From Mobula hypostoma (Eukaryota): DNA of 64,000 nucleotides. The stretch is from contig NC_086107.1 of NCBI RefSeq assembly GCF_963921235.1, positions 108,874,001 to 108,938,000 on the forward strand. The letters run 5' to 3'. The notes beneath the pieces were generated by a model. It made no database searches and was not told the origin of the DNA. It was given only the letters and a program-made list of their open reading frames with translations. Every line of letters starts with the position of its first letter. The first letter of the stretch is position 1. Shown one piece after another: positions 51,023-63,624 of this stretch. The translations under genes were made by a program, and so were the position numbers.

Positions 51023-53187
51023 CAGATATCCCACCCTGCAAAAACTCATTTCAGGGAGGTAGCACCATCAACTTGCGGGAGACTCCCGGAACTTCCGGGA
51101 GAGGTGGGATGTCTGCAATAGAGTAGCTCCTGAGCAGCTGGCCAGCTAATTTAAATAACGTTAGCTATGCTAATGAATGAATGAATGACACCTGTTAAAC
51201 TCACCTCGTGGTGGTGGCATCCGTTAGTCTCACGAGACAATGGATCTGTGCCTGGAAATTCTTGCTTCAGACTGTGTTAGAGCAGCATTTGTTGTGGCTG
51301 TAGAGGCCCACACGGGAGTGACAGTCTCGGCTGCAGCGACTGCACTTGAAGGCACTGTCCTCCAGTGTTGTCTTGATGCTGTTTTTCCGACGAGTGAGCT
51401 TTTCTTCAGCAGCAAGCCTCAGCTTCTCTTCTCCTCTTTTTAGACCTCTGCGTAGTTCCAGCCTCCAGTGAGAGCGATCGCTTGCGATGTCCTCCCACCT
51501 CTCGACGTTCATTTTCAGTGACTTCATGTCTCTCTTGCAAACGCCTTTGAAACGAAGATGGGGCCACCCTTGTGCTCTCTTGCTGGAGACCAGATCCCCG
51601 TACAGCAGGTCTTTTGGGATCCTCCCGTCTGACATGCGGTGTACGTGGCCCAGCCAGCGGAGACGGCGTTGTTGGAGCAGGGTGAAGAGGCTGGGTATCT
51701 GGGCGCAGGCCAGGACCTCATTGTTGGTGACTTGGTCAGTCCACGTGATGTCCAGGATGCATCTCAGGCTGCGAAGGTGGAAGGCGTTGAGACGCCACTC
51801 TTGTCTGTAGTAGAGGCTCCAGGTCTCGCTGCCGTAAAGCAGTTTGCTGAGGACGCAGGCCCTGTAGGCTGCAACTTTGGTGTGCGTCGTCAGCTTTCTG
51901 TTCTCCCAGACTCTCTTTGTCAGCCTGGTGAATGTTGAGGCTGCTCGTCCGATCCGTCTGTTGATCTCAGGGTCTGGGGAGAGGCTGTCCGTGATGGTGG
52001 AGCCAAGGTATGTAAACTCGTGAACTACTTCCAGCTCGTAGTTGTTGATGGTAATGGCAGGGGGGTGCTCAATGCCTTGGCCCAAGGCGTTGGTTTTCTT
52101 CAGGCTGATGGTCAAGCTGAAGTCCTGGTAGGCTCTTGAGTAGCTGTCCATGAGGCGTTGCAGTTGCTGTTCAGAGTGTGTTGCCAGTGCCGCGTCGTCT
52201 GCAAACAACATGTCCCTGATGAGTACTTCACGAACCTTGGGTTTTTACCCTCAGCCGGGACAGACCGAACAGCCTCCCGTCCGATCTGGTGTGGAGGTAG
52301 ACACCATCAGTTGATGTTCCAAAGGTGTGCTTCAGCATGTCTGCGAAAAAGATGCCAAACAGGGTGGGGGCAAGCACACAGCCCTGCTTCACACCGCTGC
52401 GGATGTTGAAGGCCTCCAAAGAAGAGCCGTCGAACTGAACGACGCCCTTCATGTCTGTGTGGAATGACTGAACTATCCTGAGGAGCCTTGGGGACCAACC
52501 AATCCTGGCGAGGATTTGGAACAGACCGTCTCCGCTCACAAGGTCGAAGGCCATTGTAAGGTCAATGAAAGCGACGTAGAGTGGTTGTCTTTGCTCTCTG
52601 CATTTCTCTTGCAGCTGTCGAAGGGAGAAGATCATGTCGATTGTGGAGCGTTCCGACCTGAAACCGCACTGAGACTCGGGATATACCCTTTCGGCTATTT
52701 TCTGCAGTCTGTTCAGGACCATGCGGGCAAAGACCTTCCCAACGATGCTCAGCAAGGAGATTCCCCTGTAGCTGTACAGTCGCTTCTGTCCCCTTTGTTC
52801 TTATGTATGGTGACAATCTTGCAGTCTCTCACCTCAACATGTCTTTTAAAGTCTAACCCATCATGGGCAATAGAAGAGTCACTGTTGCAAACAGTGCAGC
52901 GAGCAACACTGTCATTATTTTTGACCCCTATTAGGCAGGGGTACACTTTAGGGTAGTCTGGGGTGACGTACGTTTTATATTTTCTTTTTTTTGGAACACT
53001 CTGCCATGGCGCGATCTCTCTCTCTCTCTCTCTCTCGTGGTCGCTGTCGCACTCTTGCTTGCTTTTTCTCTCGCTCGCTCTCAAAAAAAATTGGTTTCCG
53101 GGATATTGTTTATAATTTGCGGGCATCAGGGAGCCACTATTGATATGCGAGAGACTCCCGGAAATTCCGGGAGAGGTGGGATGTTGG
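51023..53187 (-). mobile_element. hAT-like non-autonomous DNA transposon with BED zinc-finger remnant (split by an RTE insertion)
   Basis: Ends CAGATATCCCACC and GGTGGGATGTTG, with CAGCTC on both flanks. The minus-strand translation KKRKYKT...ARCTVCNSD.SIAHDGLDFKRHVE is BED-finger-like. Confidence 0.6.
51208..52827 (-). mobile_element. 5'-truncated RTE-clade LINE (RT plus C-terminal zinc finger; one frameshift near 52230)
   Basis: ORFs 52228-52755 (PESQCGFR, FIDL..AFD, GVKQGCVLAPTLF) and 51267-52211 (LFADD, YLGS, RLRWLGHV.RM, CSRC..H). It has a (CCA)n tail and the TSD CTCACCTC at 51200-51207 and 52828-52835. Confidence 0.92.
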
Positions 53188-54109
53188 CAGCTCAGAAGGA
53201 GGCCACTCAGCCCATCGAATCTCTGCCTGCTCATAGCTGACTCCCACCGGTCCTATTCCTCTTCCTTCCCCTCTTGCCCCAAAGTGGAATTTTTTGTATC
53301 TTTGGAGATACAGTACAGTAACAAGCCCTTCTCGTCCAATGAGACTACACCACCCAATTACCTGTGACAAATGAACCTACCCATCTGTATGCCTTTGGAA
53401 TGTGGGGGGGAGCTGACACAGGCACAGGGAGAACAAACAAGTGCCTTACAGACAGTGACGGGAATTGAACCACTATACTCCCATACTGCCTATTCCCCAT
53501 CAAGGGCCAATTTCAGCACCAATTGACTGACTTTCTTCCATCCCCACAGGCTGTGGGATCCACATCCCAAATGCTTTCTGAGCAAAAATGTTTTCCTCAT
53601 ATCACCCTTGTACTTTTCACCCTTGTCTTATTCTTAAACGAGCCTCCAAGGAACAGAATTGAACCACCCTTTTCTCTGGTTACCCAGTCCAGATCCATCA
53701 TGGTCCTGTCCATCTCTATCATATCGCCCTTCAGTTTTCTTTACTCCAAGAAAAATCCTCCCATCTAACCTTGCAGTTGGAATCTCTCATCCCTGGAATT
53801 ATTTCCTAGTAAATCTCTGGGACCTTCACATTCCTTTCTGAAGTATGGTTAGAATTTGATGCAATATTCTAACTGAGGTTTAACCAATGTTACTGCTGTA
53901 ATCAGCACAACTTCTTCTGTTTACACTGTGTTCACCTGTGTAGGAAACCAAGGATCTCATCTGCTTTGTTAACCAATCCAATGTCACTTTAGTTCTCCAT
54001 CCCATTCCCATTCCAAACTCTGAATGTTTGCTTGTTTGTATTCCTACAAAGCCCGGCATAAACCCAAGGCACACATGGGCACTCCAACCCTCTATACTTT
54101 GCCGACCTA

Positions 54110-55050
54110 TGTGAGATATAGGAGCAGAATTAGACTATTTGGGCTATCGAGTCTCCTCCACTATTTCATCATGGCTGATCCATTTTCCCTCTCAGCCCTA
54201 ATCACCTGCTTTCTCCCTGTATCCCTTCATGCCCTGACTAATCAAGAATCTATCAACCTCTGCCTTAAATATACCCAGTGACTTGGCCTCCACAGCCGCC
54301 TGTGAAAACGAATTCCACAGATTCACCACTCTCTGGCTAAAGAATTTCCTCCTCATCTCCATTCTAAATGGGCATCCCTCTATTCTGAGGCTGTGCCCTC
54401 TGATCTTAGATAGAGATAGATAGACGGATACATACTTTATTGATCCCAAAGGAAATATACAGTGTCACAGTAGTGTCACAAGTGCATAGATATACAAGTA
54501 TTAGATGAGAAGTAAGAAAGAATCAAAAATAAGTTACCTCAAGAAGTCTAACGGGAGGAGGGGTCATCACTTCCCCAGCTATAGGTTGACTCATTATAGA
54601 GCCTAATTCTGAGGGTAAGAGTGACCTCATATAACGCTCTTTGGAGCAGCGCGGTTGTCTTAGTCTATTACTAAAAGTGTTCCTCTGTTAAGCTAAGGTG
54701 GCATGCAGAGGGTGACATTGCCCAAAATCGCCAGGACTTTTTAAGACACTCCCACCATAGGAAACAATCCTCTCCACATCCACTCTATCAAGGCCTTTCA
54801 ACATTCGATAGATTTCAATGAGGTTCCCCCTCATTCTTCTGAATTCCAATGAGTAGAGGCACACTGCCATCAAACCCTCCTCATATGACAAGTGTTTCAA
54901 TCCCGGAATCATTTTTGTGAACCTCCTTTGAACCTTCTCCAAAGCCAGCACCACTTTTCTTAAATAAAGGGTCCCAGACTGCTCATAATCCTCCAAGTGA
55001 GGCCTCACCAGTGCTCTGTAACATCACATCCTTGCTTTTATATTCTAGTC
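54110..55050 (-). mobile_element. CR1 LINE 3' fragment interrupted by a Rex1-like tail (about 54410-54740)
   Basis: RPHLE...LALEKVQRRFTKMIPGL and RGHSLRIEG.PFR.EMRRKFFSQRVVNLWNS. Confidence 0.8.
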
Positions 55051-55594
55051 CATGGTCCACCTAACTCTTCCCTCCTACACAGCCTATAACTCTCCATTTT
55101 CTCCATGTACCTACCTAAGACTCCCTTATGTGTCCCTGTTGTGCCAGCTGCTACCACCATCCCTGGCAGTGCATTCCAGCCACCCACCACTCTCTGTGTA
55201 AAACGACCTACCTCTGACATCTCACTTAAACATTCGTCCATTCACCTTAAATGAATATCCTCTGGCACTGGCCATTTCCATCCTAGGAAAAAGGCACTCT
55301 ATCTATGCCTCTCATAGTCCTATACACATCTATCAAGTCGCCTCTCATCCTCCTTCATTCCAAAGGGAAAAGCCCCAGCTTGCTCAACCTTTTATTTCAA
55401 GGAATTGCATCAAACATGAAATGCTACACACTTCCGTAAATTCAACAGTTCCAGTCACTAACTGTCTTAAGACTTAACACAGGCCTTCGGTACATCCTTT
55501 AAAATTGTAAGCCACAACATGACTCTTGGTCAGTTATCAATCTTAAGGCCACGGAAGCGTAATGATAAACGCAGCACTTTACAGTGCCAGTTTG

Positions 55595-56233
55595 GTGATG
55601 TTTATCCTTGGCATCCACATCACCGAGAATCTCACGTGGTGTGCACATATCGGCTGTGTGGTGAAAAAGGCACAACAGCGCCTCTTTCACCTCAGACAGA
55701 TGAAGAAGTTTGGCGTGGGCCCCCAAATCCTAAGAACTTTCTACAGAGGCACAATTGAGAGCATCCTGACTGGCTGCATCACTGCCTGGTGTGGGAACTG
55801 TGCTTCCCTCAATCACAGGACTCTGCAGAGAGTGGTGTGGACAGCCCAGCGCATCTGTAGATGGGAACTTCCCACTATTCAGGACATTTACAAAGACAGG
55901 TGTGCAAAAAGGGCCCGAAGGATCATTGGTGACCTGAGTCACCCCAACTACAAACTGTTTCAGCTGCTACCATCTGGGAAAAAGGTACTGCAGCATAAAA
56001 GCCAGGATCAACAGTCCCCAGGACAGCTTCTTCCACCAGACTGATTAATGCATGTTGACACAACAGTATTTCATTGACTGTTCATATTTAATCATTTTGT
56101 TATTTTCCTGTTGTGCATACTATAAATTACGATAAATTGCACATTGCACATTTAGACAGAGACGTAATGTAAAGATTTTTACTCCTCGTGTATATGAAGG
56201 ATGTAAGTAATAAAGTCAATTCAATTCAATTCA
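55595..56233 (+). mobile_element. Rex1/Babar-like LINE 3' fragment (same family as 12756)
   Basis: LGIHITENLTW..HI..VVKKAQQRLFHLRQMKKFG; (TTCAA)n tail. Confidence 0.85.
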
Positions 56234-57039
56234 ACCCAGGTTCAATTCCCGCAGCTGCCTGTAGAGTTTGTATGTTCTCCCCGTGACCTCTGGGTGCTCC
56301 AGTCTCTTCCCACCGTCCAAAGGCATAGAGGTCGGTAGGTTACTTGGGCATAGTAAATTGTCCTGTGATTAAGCTAAGATTCAATCGTGGGATTGCTGGG
56401 CGTCACAGCTCATAGGGCTGGAAGGGACTACTCTGCTCTAAATAAATAAATAGAAAGCTGCTCGATTTTTGATAACCAAAGCTGGTTAAACAGAAGTAGC
56501 CCTGTGGAGTGAGGTCAGAGATAGGCAGCGGCCTCTCCAGAAGCCAGCCCAGGCTCGGGGTGCTAACTGGCCATCTTTTTCCACCATCCTCAATCTGCCC
56601 CAACCCCCACAGATCTCCCTAATGAGAGCTCTCTCTGTACTGATCTAGGGCAAACACTTTAAGAAGGAAGTGTGTGACAACATCAAGTTTAATCTATTTG
56701 GAAACATGCTGTTATTCATTAATAATAAATAGATCATTTAGGGGCGTTTGATGAGATTAGACAATGATATTTACATTGGCTAGATTCAGCCAGGCAGAAG
56801 AGCAATTATCAGATTAGCATTCATGATAGCAGGGACCAGCCTGTCAAAGTCTGTACGCAGGGAATTATTGTGTTGCAGTTCCTTTTGACATTGCTGATGT
56901 CTTCTGTGCCCATCCAGGGGGAAACTGAATTTCTAATTCTTTCCTCGTTCTTTATATTGTGAAGTGGCTTCCCATTTCAATCAATGTTATCAAACTCCTC
57001 CCTTTGTTCGAATTCTAGTCATAATACCCGTTGTTATAT

Positions 57040-57525
57040 CCAAGGGAAGTAGTGGGGAGAAGCCTCCACTACCTATTAAAAGTCCCACTGGCCTGCGTCT
57101 CAAATAGCCTCTGACAACCAAGTCCCCCTCCTGGCCTTCACGTGAGGCTTAGCTACTAAGCCCAGCTGAACCGTTTCTACTGACAGGAGAAGGGGCAAAG
57201 GTGGCTGGCTTAAAACCAGGTCGCTTCAGGCAGATGGGGCTCATCAGCCGTGGTTGGCAGCTCATCGAGGAGAAGGAAAACTCTGATCTCAAACCTCCAC
57301 TGCCTTCTGGCTATACCCACTTGTGGGGAAGGCTCCGAGAGTAAACCCTGAGGAAATATTCAGAGCCGGAGCCGGGTTCAATGCTGACTGGCGACTCCTA
57401 CGATGCCACTGGTGCCAAAACGTATCGGTCTCTGCTGTCCCTTTGGATTCATCGGCTGAGTGGAGAGGGGGAGCCTGCTGCATGGGCAACAGCTTGCTCT
57501 CCGTATCGTACTGCCCAGGCTAGTG
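57040..57525 (+). mobile_element. RTE-like 5'-region remnant, homologous to the SINE middle body
   Basis: 57400-57520 aligns by eye with the SINE body (CACTGGTGCCAA...GTGGAGAGGGG...GCATGGGCAAC...TGCCCAGGC). Confidence 0.55.
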
Positions 57526-57719
57526 AGCTGGATTGTGTATCACATAGACAGCTGGTTGATCAGACCAGCGGAGGGCCTCAATCATTAGACCTTACTCATA
57601 ATATTTATGGTAAATGAAATTAGTACACGTCTTTCTCTACATTCTTTGACCATTCCTTCAAAACATTCCCACAGCACAAGTCAACAGCACGTTTGAGAGG
57701 AACTCAACAAGTCAGGCAA

Positions 57720-57990
57720 CATAGTAGTTAGTGTGACACACTCTTACTGGAGTTCAGAGATCAATCCCGATGTCCTCTGTAAGGAAATTGTACATTGACC
57801 CTGTGCAATGCATTAGTTTCCTCCGGGTGCTCTGGTTTCCTCCCATATTCCAGAGACATACTGGTTAGTAGGTTAATTGGACATTATAAATTGTCCTGTG
57901 ATTAGCTGAGGGTTGAATCAGTGGGTTGCTAACAGCTCAGCTCGAAGGGCCAGAAGGATCTATTCCGCATTCTATCTCTAAATAACTAAA
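57720..57990 (+). mobile_element. HE1-like V-SINE
   Basis: V-domain TTTCCTCCGGGTGCTCTGGTTTCCTCCCA. Confidence 0.65.
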
Positions 57991-58645
57991 TGAATAGGTA
58001 GGTAGATAGATAGATAGATAAATCAATAAATAAAGAGAATTAAAACTCAATATTTCAGGCTGAGATCCTTCCAGTAATATCACCTGTTTATTCATCTCCA
58101 TAGATGCTGCCTGTCCTGTTGAGTTCCTCCAGCGTTTTGTGTGTCTTGCTCAAAATTTCCAGCCCCTGCAGTACCTCTTGTGTTTTTCTGTCTGAGAGTC
58201 CATTCCACAGGGCCTGGCCCTTCCGTGTCCAGTGGGGACAAGTCCATCCTCGCCTCAGATCATTCCGATGGCAAGGTGATGTAGCTAATAGAGCTGCTCA
58301 CCAGCGACACAGGTTCAGTCCTGACCTCCATTACTGCTTAGATGCACATCTAGATGCTTCCGTTTCCCCAAATGTCCCAGAGAGGTGCAAGTTGGTCACT
58401 TAATTGGTCACTGTAAATTACTTCTATAGTGTATAGGTCAGTGCTTGCATATATGTCTCTGTATGTGAGGAGAAGAAAACAGAGTTTGAGTAGGATTTGT
58501 GTAAATGGTGACATACACATGTACTTCAATAATAAATTTACTCTGAACTTCCAACTTTGGACTTTGAACTTGGAAAATGAATAGTTGATTGTTGTGAGTA
58601 GACTTGATGGGCTGGAGCGCCTGTATTTAGAGATACAGCACAGAA

Positions 58646-58959
58646 CACGTGGCCAAGTGGTTAAGGCATTGGACTAGTGATCTGAAGGTCGTGAGTTCGA
58701 GCCCCAGCCGAGGCAGCGTGTTGTGTCCTTGAGCAAGGTACTTAACCACACAGTTCTCTGCGACGACACTGGTGCCAAGCTGTATGGGTCCTAATGCCCT
58801 TCCCTTGGACAACGTTGGTGTCGTGGAGAGGGGAGACTTGCAGCATGGGCAACTGCTGGTCTTCCATACAACCTTGCCCAGGCCTGCGCCCTGGAGAGTG
58901 AAGACTTTCCAGGTGCCGATCCATGGTCTCGCAAGACCAACGAATGTCTTTATTATTAT
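58646..58959 (+). mobile_element. tRNA-headed SINE with RTE-derived tail (copy 4)
   Basis: The TSD TACAGCACAGAACA lies at 58634-58647 and 58960-58973; the tail is (TTA)n. Confidence 0.9.
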
Positions 58960-59479
58960 TACAGCACAGAACAGGCTCTTCTCGCCCAACAAGTTGCACT
59001 GCCCAGCAATCACCTGTTTAACCACAGCCTAATCACAGGACAATTTATAATCACCAATTAACCTACTAAGTGGATCGCCTTTTGGCTGTGGGAGAAAACT
59101 AGAACGCTCAGAGGAAACTCAAGTGGTCTCAGGAAAGACGGCTGAACTCCTTACAGAAGACGTCGGAATTGAAATCCAAAGTCTGACGCCCTGAGCTGTA
59201 ATAGCGTTGTGCTAATCACAACGCTACCATGGTGCCTCATTTCTGTGCGATTCTGATTCAAATTTGTCCCAGTGTTTATCTCAAAGCTTGGCTCAACCCT
59301 CCAAACCCTAATACTGCACATGCCTCCAACAAATGTTACTCCAGCGCAAATAAGAAGGTGCTGACCTTTGTCACTTCCTCCCCTGAGACAAGGTCACTCC
59401 CATGTCTGTCTCTGAACTGTGGTATTCAGATGACACTTGGACCGTGCACAAGTTCAGAGTTCAAGTACCAAGTTATCAC

Positions 59480-60280
59480 TTATTTTCAATAGGTCAACGG
59501 GTACATTTAATGTCAGAGAATTGGATACAATTAATTTTCTTTGCAAACATCCGCAAAAACAGAGGGGTGCCCCAAAGAATGAATGACAGTTAATTGTTAG
59601 TACCCCAAAGCCCCCCCTCAGCTCCTCCCTCCCACGCATAAGCAGCAGCAAAGCAACGACCCCCCCACCACCAGCAAAAAAGCATCGACGCCCTAAACCG
59701 AGCACTCAAGCGTGCAGCGAAGCATCAATAAAGTCACAGACTTGCAGTACCCCAAAGACTACTCATTCACCCAGTAATTCAACATACCACAGGCTCTCTC
59801 TCTCTCTGTAATAAGGGGAAAAAGAGGTGTCCCCGTTTCACAGCGAGAGGTGAGCCTTAACAAATAACTCACCGATTTACGATATTAAAAGTCTGTTGCG
59901 TCGCTTTTTTTGAGCTCTCCACCCAGAGAGCTCAGGTCTCTGGACACACACAAGCAGCTAGCCTGCTGCTCCCGATCCTCCATGTTCTCCCAATGCCTCA
60001 ATTAGGGGCACTGGCCTTGAATCAGCCCATCTCCAGAGCCACGAAAATCCTGCACCCTGAAGGCGCACTGGTCTTTCAGGACGCGTTCTTGGGGTATCAA
60101 AAAGCGGCCGGTCGTGAGGCCCCAAGAGCGGGTCCTGTTCCCGCAAAGAACCAAAGTCAGCGTGTAACTCCAGGTCAGGGTCTTTAAAAGAACCTTGAAA
60201 AGGGAAAAGAAGAGATATCAAAGATAGAAATAGAGCTGCTTCCAAAGATGCAAAGAGTCGCCATTTAGCACCATCATGAG
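59480..60280 (-). mobile_element. Unclassified non-coding interspersed element, about 800 bp
   Basis: Its end is shared with 1452-1620, 22803-22947 and 47790-48005. No protein motif was recognised. Confidence 0.45.
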
Positions 60281-61409
60281 TTTGCTCTGCTCTCCACCTT
60301 TATTTATTGACATACAGCATGGAATAAGTCCTTTTGGCCCTTCGAGCTGTGCTGTCCAGCAATCCTCCCCATATAACCCTAGCCTAATCATGGGACAATT
60401 TACAATGACCAGTTAATCTAACAACCCTCATGTCTTTGGACTTTGGGAGGAAACCAGAGCACCCAGAGGAAACACACGACATCACGGAGAGAACTCCTTA
60501 CTGACAGTGGTGGGAATTAACTTGTTCATTGAAGTGTATCTGAGGATGGTTCTTCTGCAAGACATCCTGAAGGACCTTCTGCCACCGCGCTACTCCCGGA
60601 CAATAAAGGTCCTTGCTGAGACCCTAGAAAACGTGGACCTTTTTTTAATATCCTTCACTAATAATCATAATTACCAACATAATCTGTGGTAAAGTTCACC
60701 ACTGCTTTCAGCATGCTAGTGTGACCTTCATCCAGCTGAGGAAATGGGTGTTTGAAGATTGAAAACCTCAACCCAGAACAAAGTGATCCCTGCCCTTCTA
60801 CAGGCTTCTGAGATTCGGACTAAACAGGCAAGGATCTTAAATCGCCAACGTCTTCCTTCAGATCCCATGGCAGAATAAGGAACCCAGTGTCAGCGCCCTT
60901 TCGAGACCAACACTTTAGTCACAGTCAGCTCCACTGGATAATCCATGACGAACATCAGGCTTCTCAAAGAAACACTTTGTTCCAAAGACTGACATGGCAA
61001 GGGATTGGCAGGAGGGAAGAGAAAGCCATTCAAGTTCTCAAAACAATTAAAATAAACCACGCCACTGAAATACCAGATGGTAACATCTCAAAATGAAGAA
61101 GGAACATTAATGGTGGCAGTGGGGATTTCCAGAGTCCCAGTCAGGAGTAAGTGGGAGTGCAGCTCCTAAAGTCCACATGATGCCTCCCAATCCACCTGGG
61201 GAAGAGTCTGCAAGCCCCGCTTCAGAAACAGAGTGGACGCAAGTCAATCTCTATCCTGTGCAACCAATCAGGAAGAAGAAGATGAATGAAGAAACACAGC
61301 AGCTATTGATTCATAATGCAGTAGTGTTCATTCATTCCAGGTCAATGATGTTGCTTGGAGATAAAAACATTGGTCAGACATAACATAACTCGTATTTGAG
61401 AAGGAGATA

Positions 61410-61726
61410 AAGGCATCCGTTAGTCTTGCAGATCCATGGATCTGCGCCTGGAAAGTCTTCACTCTCCAGGGCGCAGGCCTGGACAAGGTTGTATGGAAGA
61501 CCAGCAGTTGCCCATGCTGTAAGTCTCCCCTCTCCATGACACCAATGTTGTTCAAGGGAAGGACAAGGGCCGATACAGCTTGGCACCAGTGTCGTCACAG
61601 GGCAATGTGTGGTTAAGTGCCCTGCTCAAGGACACAACACGCTGCCTAGGCTGGGGCTTGAACTAGCGACCTTCAGATCACTAGTCCAATGCCTTAACTA
61701 CTTGGCCACGTGCCCACACAGAGAAA
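61410..61726 (-). mobile_element. tRNA-headed SINE with RTE-derived tail (copy 5)
   Basis: The TSD GAGAAGGAGATA lies at 61398-61409 and 61727-61738. Confidence 0.88.
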
Positions 61727-61814
61727 GAGAAGGAGATACTGCGCTGTTTAATACCGTGCTGATCTTTCTGCACCTTAAATTATGCAAGACCCTCCCAATA
61801 GTTCAGAGAGTTTC

Positions 61815-62460
61815 TGCACAAGTTGATAGAGTTGTTAAGAAGGTGTTATGGCGTGTTGGCCTTAATTAGTTGGGGTACTGAGTTCAAGAGCTGTGGCATG
61901 ACCTTACAGCTCAATAAAACCCTGGTTAGACCACACTTGGTGTATTGTGTACAGTTCTGGTTACCTCATTATAGGAAGGATATGGAAGCCTTAGAGAGGG
62001 TGCAGAGGAGATTTACCAGGCTGCTGCCTGGATTGGAGAGCGTGTCTCATGAGGATAGGTTGAGTAAGTGAAGGTTTTTCTCTTTGGAGCGAAGGAGGAT
62101 GAGCGATGACTTGATAGAGGTATACACGATGATAAGGGGCAGAGATCAAGTGGACAGCCAGAGACTTTTCCCCAGGGTGGAAACAGCAAGGGGTTATAAT
62201 TTTCAGATAATTGAATGCAAGTATAGGGGTGATGTCAGAGGTACATTATTTTACACAGAGAGTGGTAGGCGCATGCCACACCCTGTCAGAGGTGGTGATA
62301 GAGGAATATTTAAAATAAACTCTTAAGTTAATCACTTGGATGATAGAAAAATGGAGAGATATGTCGGAGGGAAAGGTTAGATTCATTTTAGAGTTGGTTA
62401 TATGATAGCACAACATTGTGGGCCGAAGGGTTTGTACTGTGCTGCTTTCTATGTTCTATA
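61815..62460 (+). mobile_element. CR1 LINE 3' fragment
   Basis: KTLVRPHLVYCVQFWLPHYRKDMEALERVQRRFTRLLPGL. Confidence 0.85.
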
Positions 62461-62589
62461 ATCTTGAATCATTAAGCCAAACTCAAGGATCTAGAGTGGG
62501 ACTTGAATCTACAAACACATTGGCTCAGACCCAAGAGAGTATTCCCTGCTGACACTGGAATAGATTGAGAGCAGGTATGGTGATTTTTT

Positions 62590-62785
62590 TTCTTTGTTAT
62601 TCTTCTCCATGTCTTGTAGCTTACCTTGTCATTTCTTTAGCATTTGTCTGTCTTTTACGAGGCCGAGCTGCTAGCTCAATATTCAACCCAGCACGGATGG
62701 AATGCGTGCAAGGAGCTGGCTGGATTCGAACCCGTAACCACTCGCCTCGAGGTTCGCCACTGATGCCACTACACGACCAGCCAAC
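62590..62785 (-). mobile_element. Second tRNA-derived SINE family copy
   Basis: The reverse complement has GGTTCGAATCC and the body shared with 49783. Confidence 0.65.
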
Positions 62786-63624
62786 AAACAATTGTGATAG
62801 AGTGGTTAAAATACCAGTCCAGCAATTCAAAATGAGCATTCCCCACTGACACTGGAATAGACTGAGAGCAGCGATGGCGATGTAGTAGTTAAAATACCAG
62901 ACCAGAGATTCAAAGACTTGAACTAACAATCCAAAGACACAAATTCAAATCCCACCTGACAGATGGCATCTGGAAGATGTTGTTTCAGTTAATTAGAAAG
63001 GACTAGTCCGTGCCTGTGAGACTACATCTGGTTCACCATGTCCGGAAGGGAATGTTCCCTTTACCTGCTCTAACTTATTAGTTGACTCCACACTCTCGGC
63101 TGAAATGACCAGAAGCCATTCAGTTCTACATTGTGCTTGTGCACCGCTTCTACGTCAGGATTTCAGTCTATTCATTTCTTCCCTGGAATCTGGTTGTCAC
63201 CTGGCAAGTTCAATGTGTATTATTTATCCCTGCTTGCCTTTGAGAAGGGAGTGGTGTTCTCGAACTGCAGAAGCTCCTCTGGTGAAGGATCCCCCTTGGT
63301 GCTGTGGAATGGGGGCATCCAGGATTTAGATCCAACAATGGTGAGGGACTGCTGATGTTCTTCCAATTCAGGATGGTGTGCAACTTAATGGGGAGAGCCT
63401 GTAGATGGTGGAGCTCCCACGAATTACACCAAGTGTCGATTTTAAAAAGGCTTCTTTTTTCAATACTCGGACTGTACTTTCTCTTTTTCTCGGAGTCCCC
63501 TCGTGCATATGCTTTGTTCCTTGGATTGTTTACCTTTTATGTCTAATTTGTTTGTCTTCATGCTAGCCCTGACTTTTCACTTTAAGTTGCAGGTGTCTCA
63601 TTTGGGATCATGGGGATTATTAAC

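Noticed and set aside
51267..52755. RT ORFs as a functional or domesticated gene
   Set aside because: The element is 5'-truncated (no endonuclease), frameshifted and TSD-flanked, so it is an ordinary dead RTE copy.
57120..57170. HDV-like ribozyme around the GGCTTAG-CTA-CTAAGCC hairpin
   Set aside because: I could not assign the P1/P1.1/P2/P3 pseudoknot by eye.
58648..58715. tRNA genes at SINE heads
   Set aside because: A and B boxes are present, but they run into SINE bodies with TSDs and I could not form a full cloverleaf.
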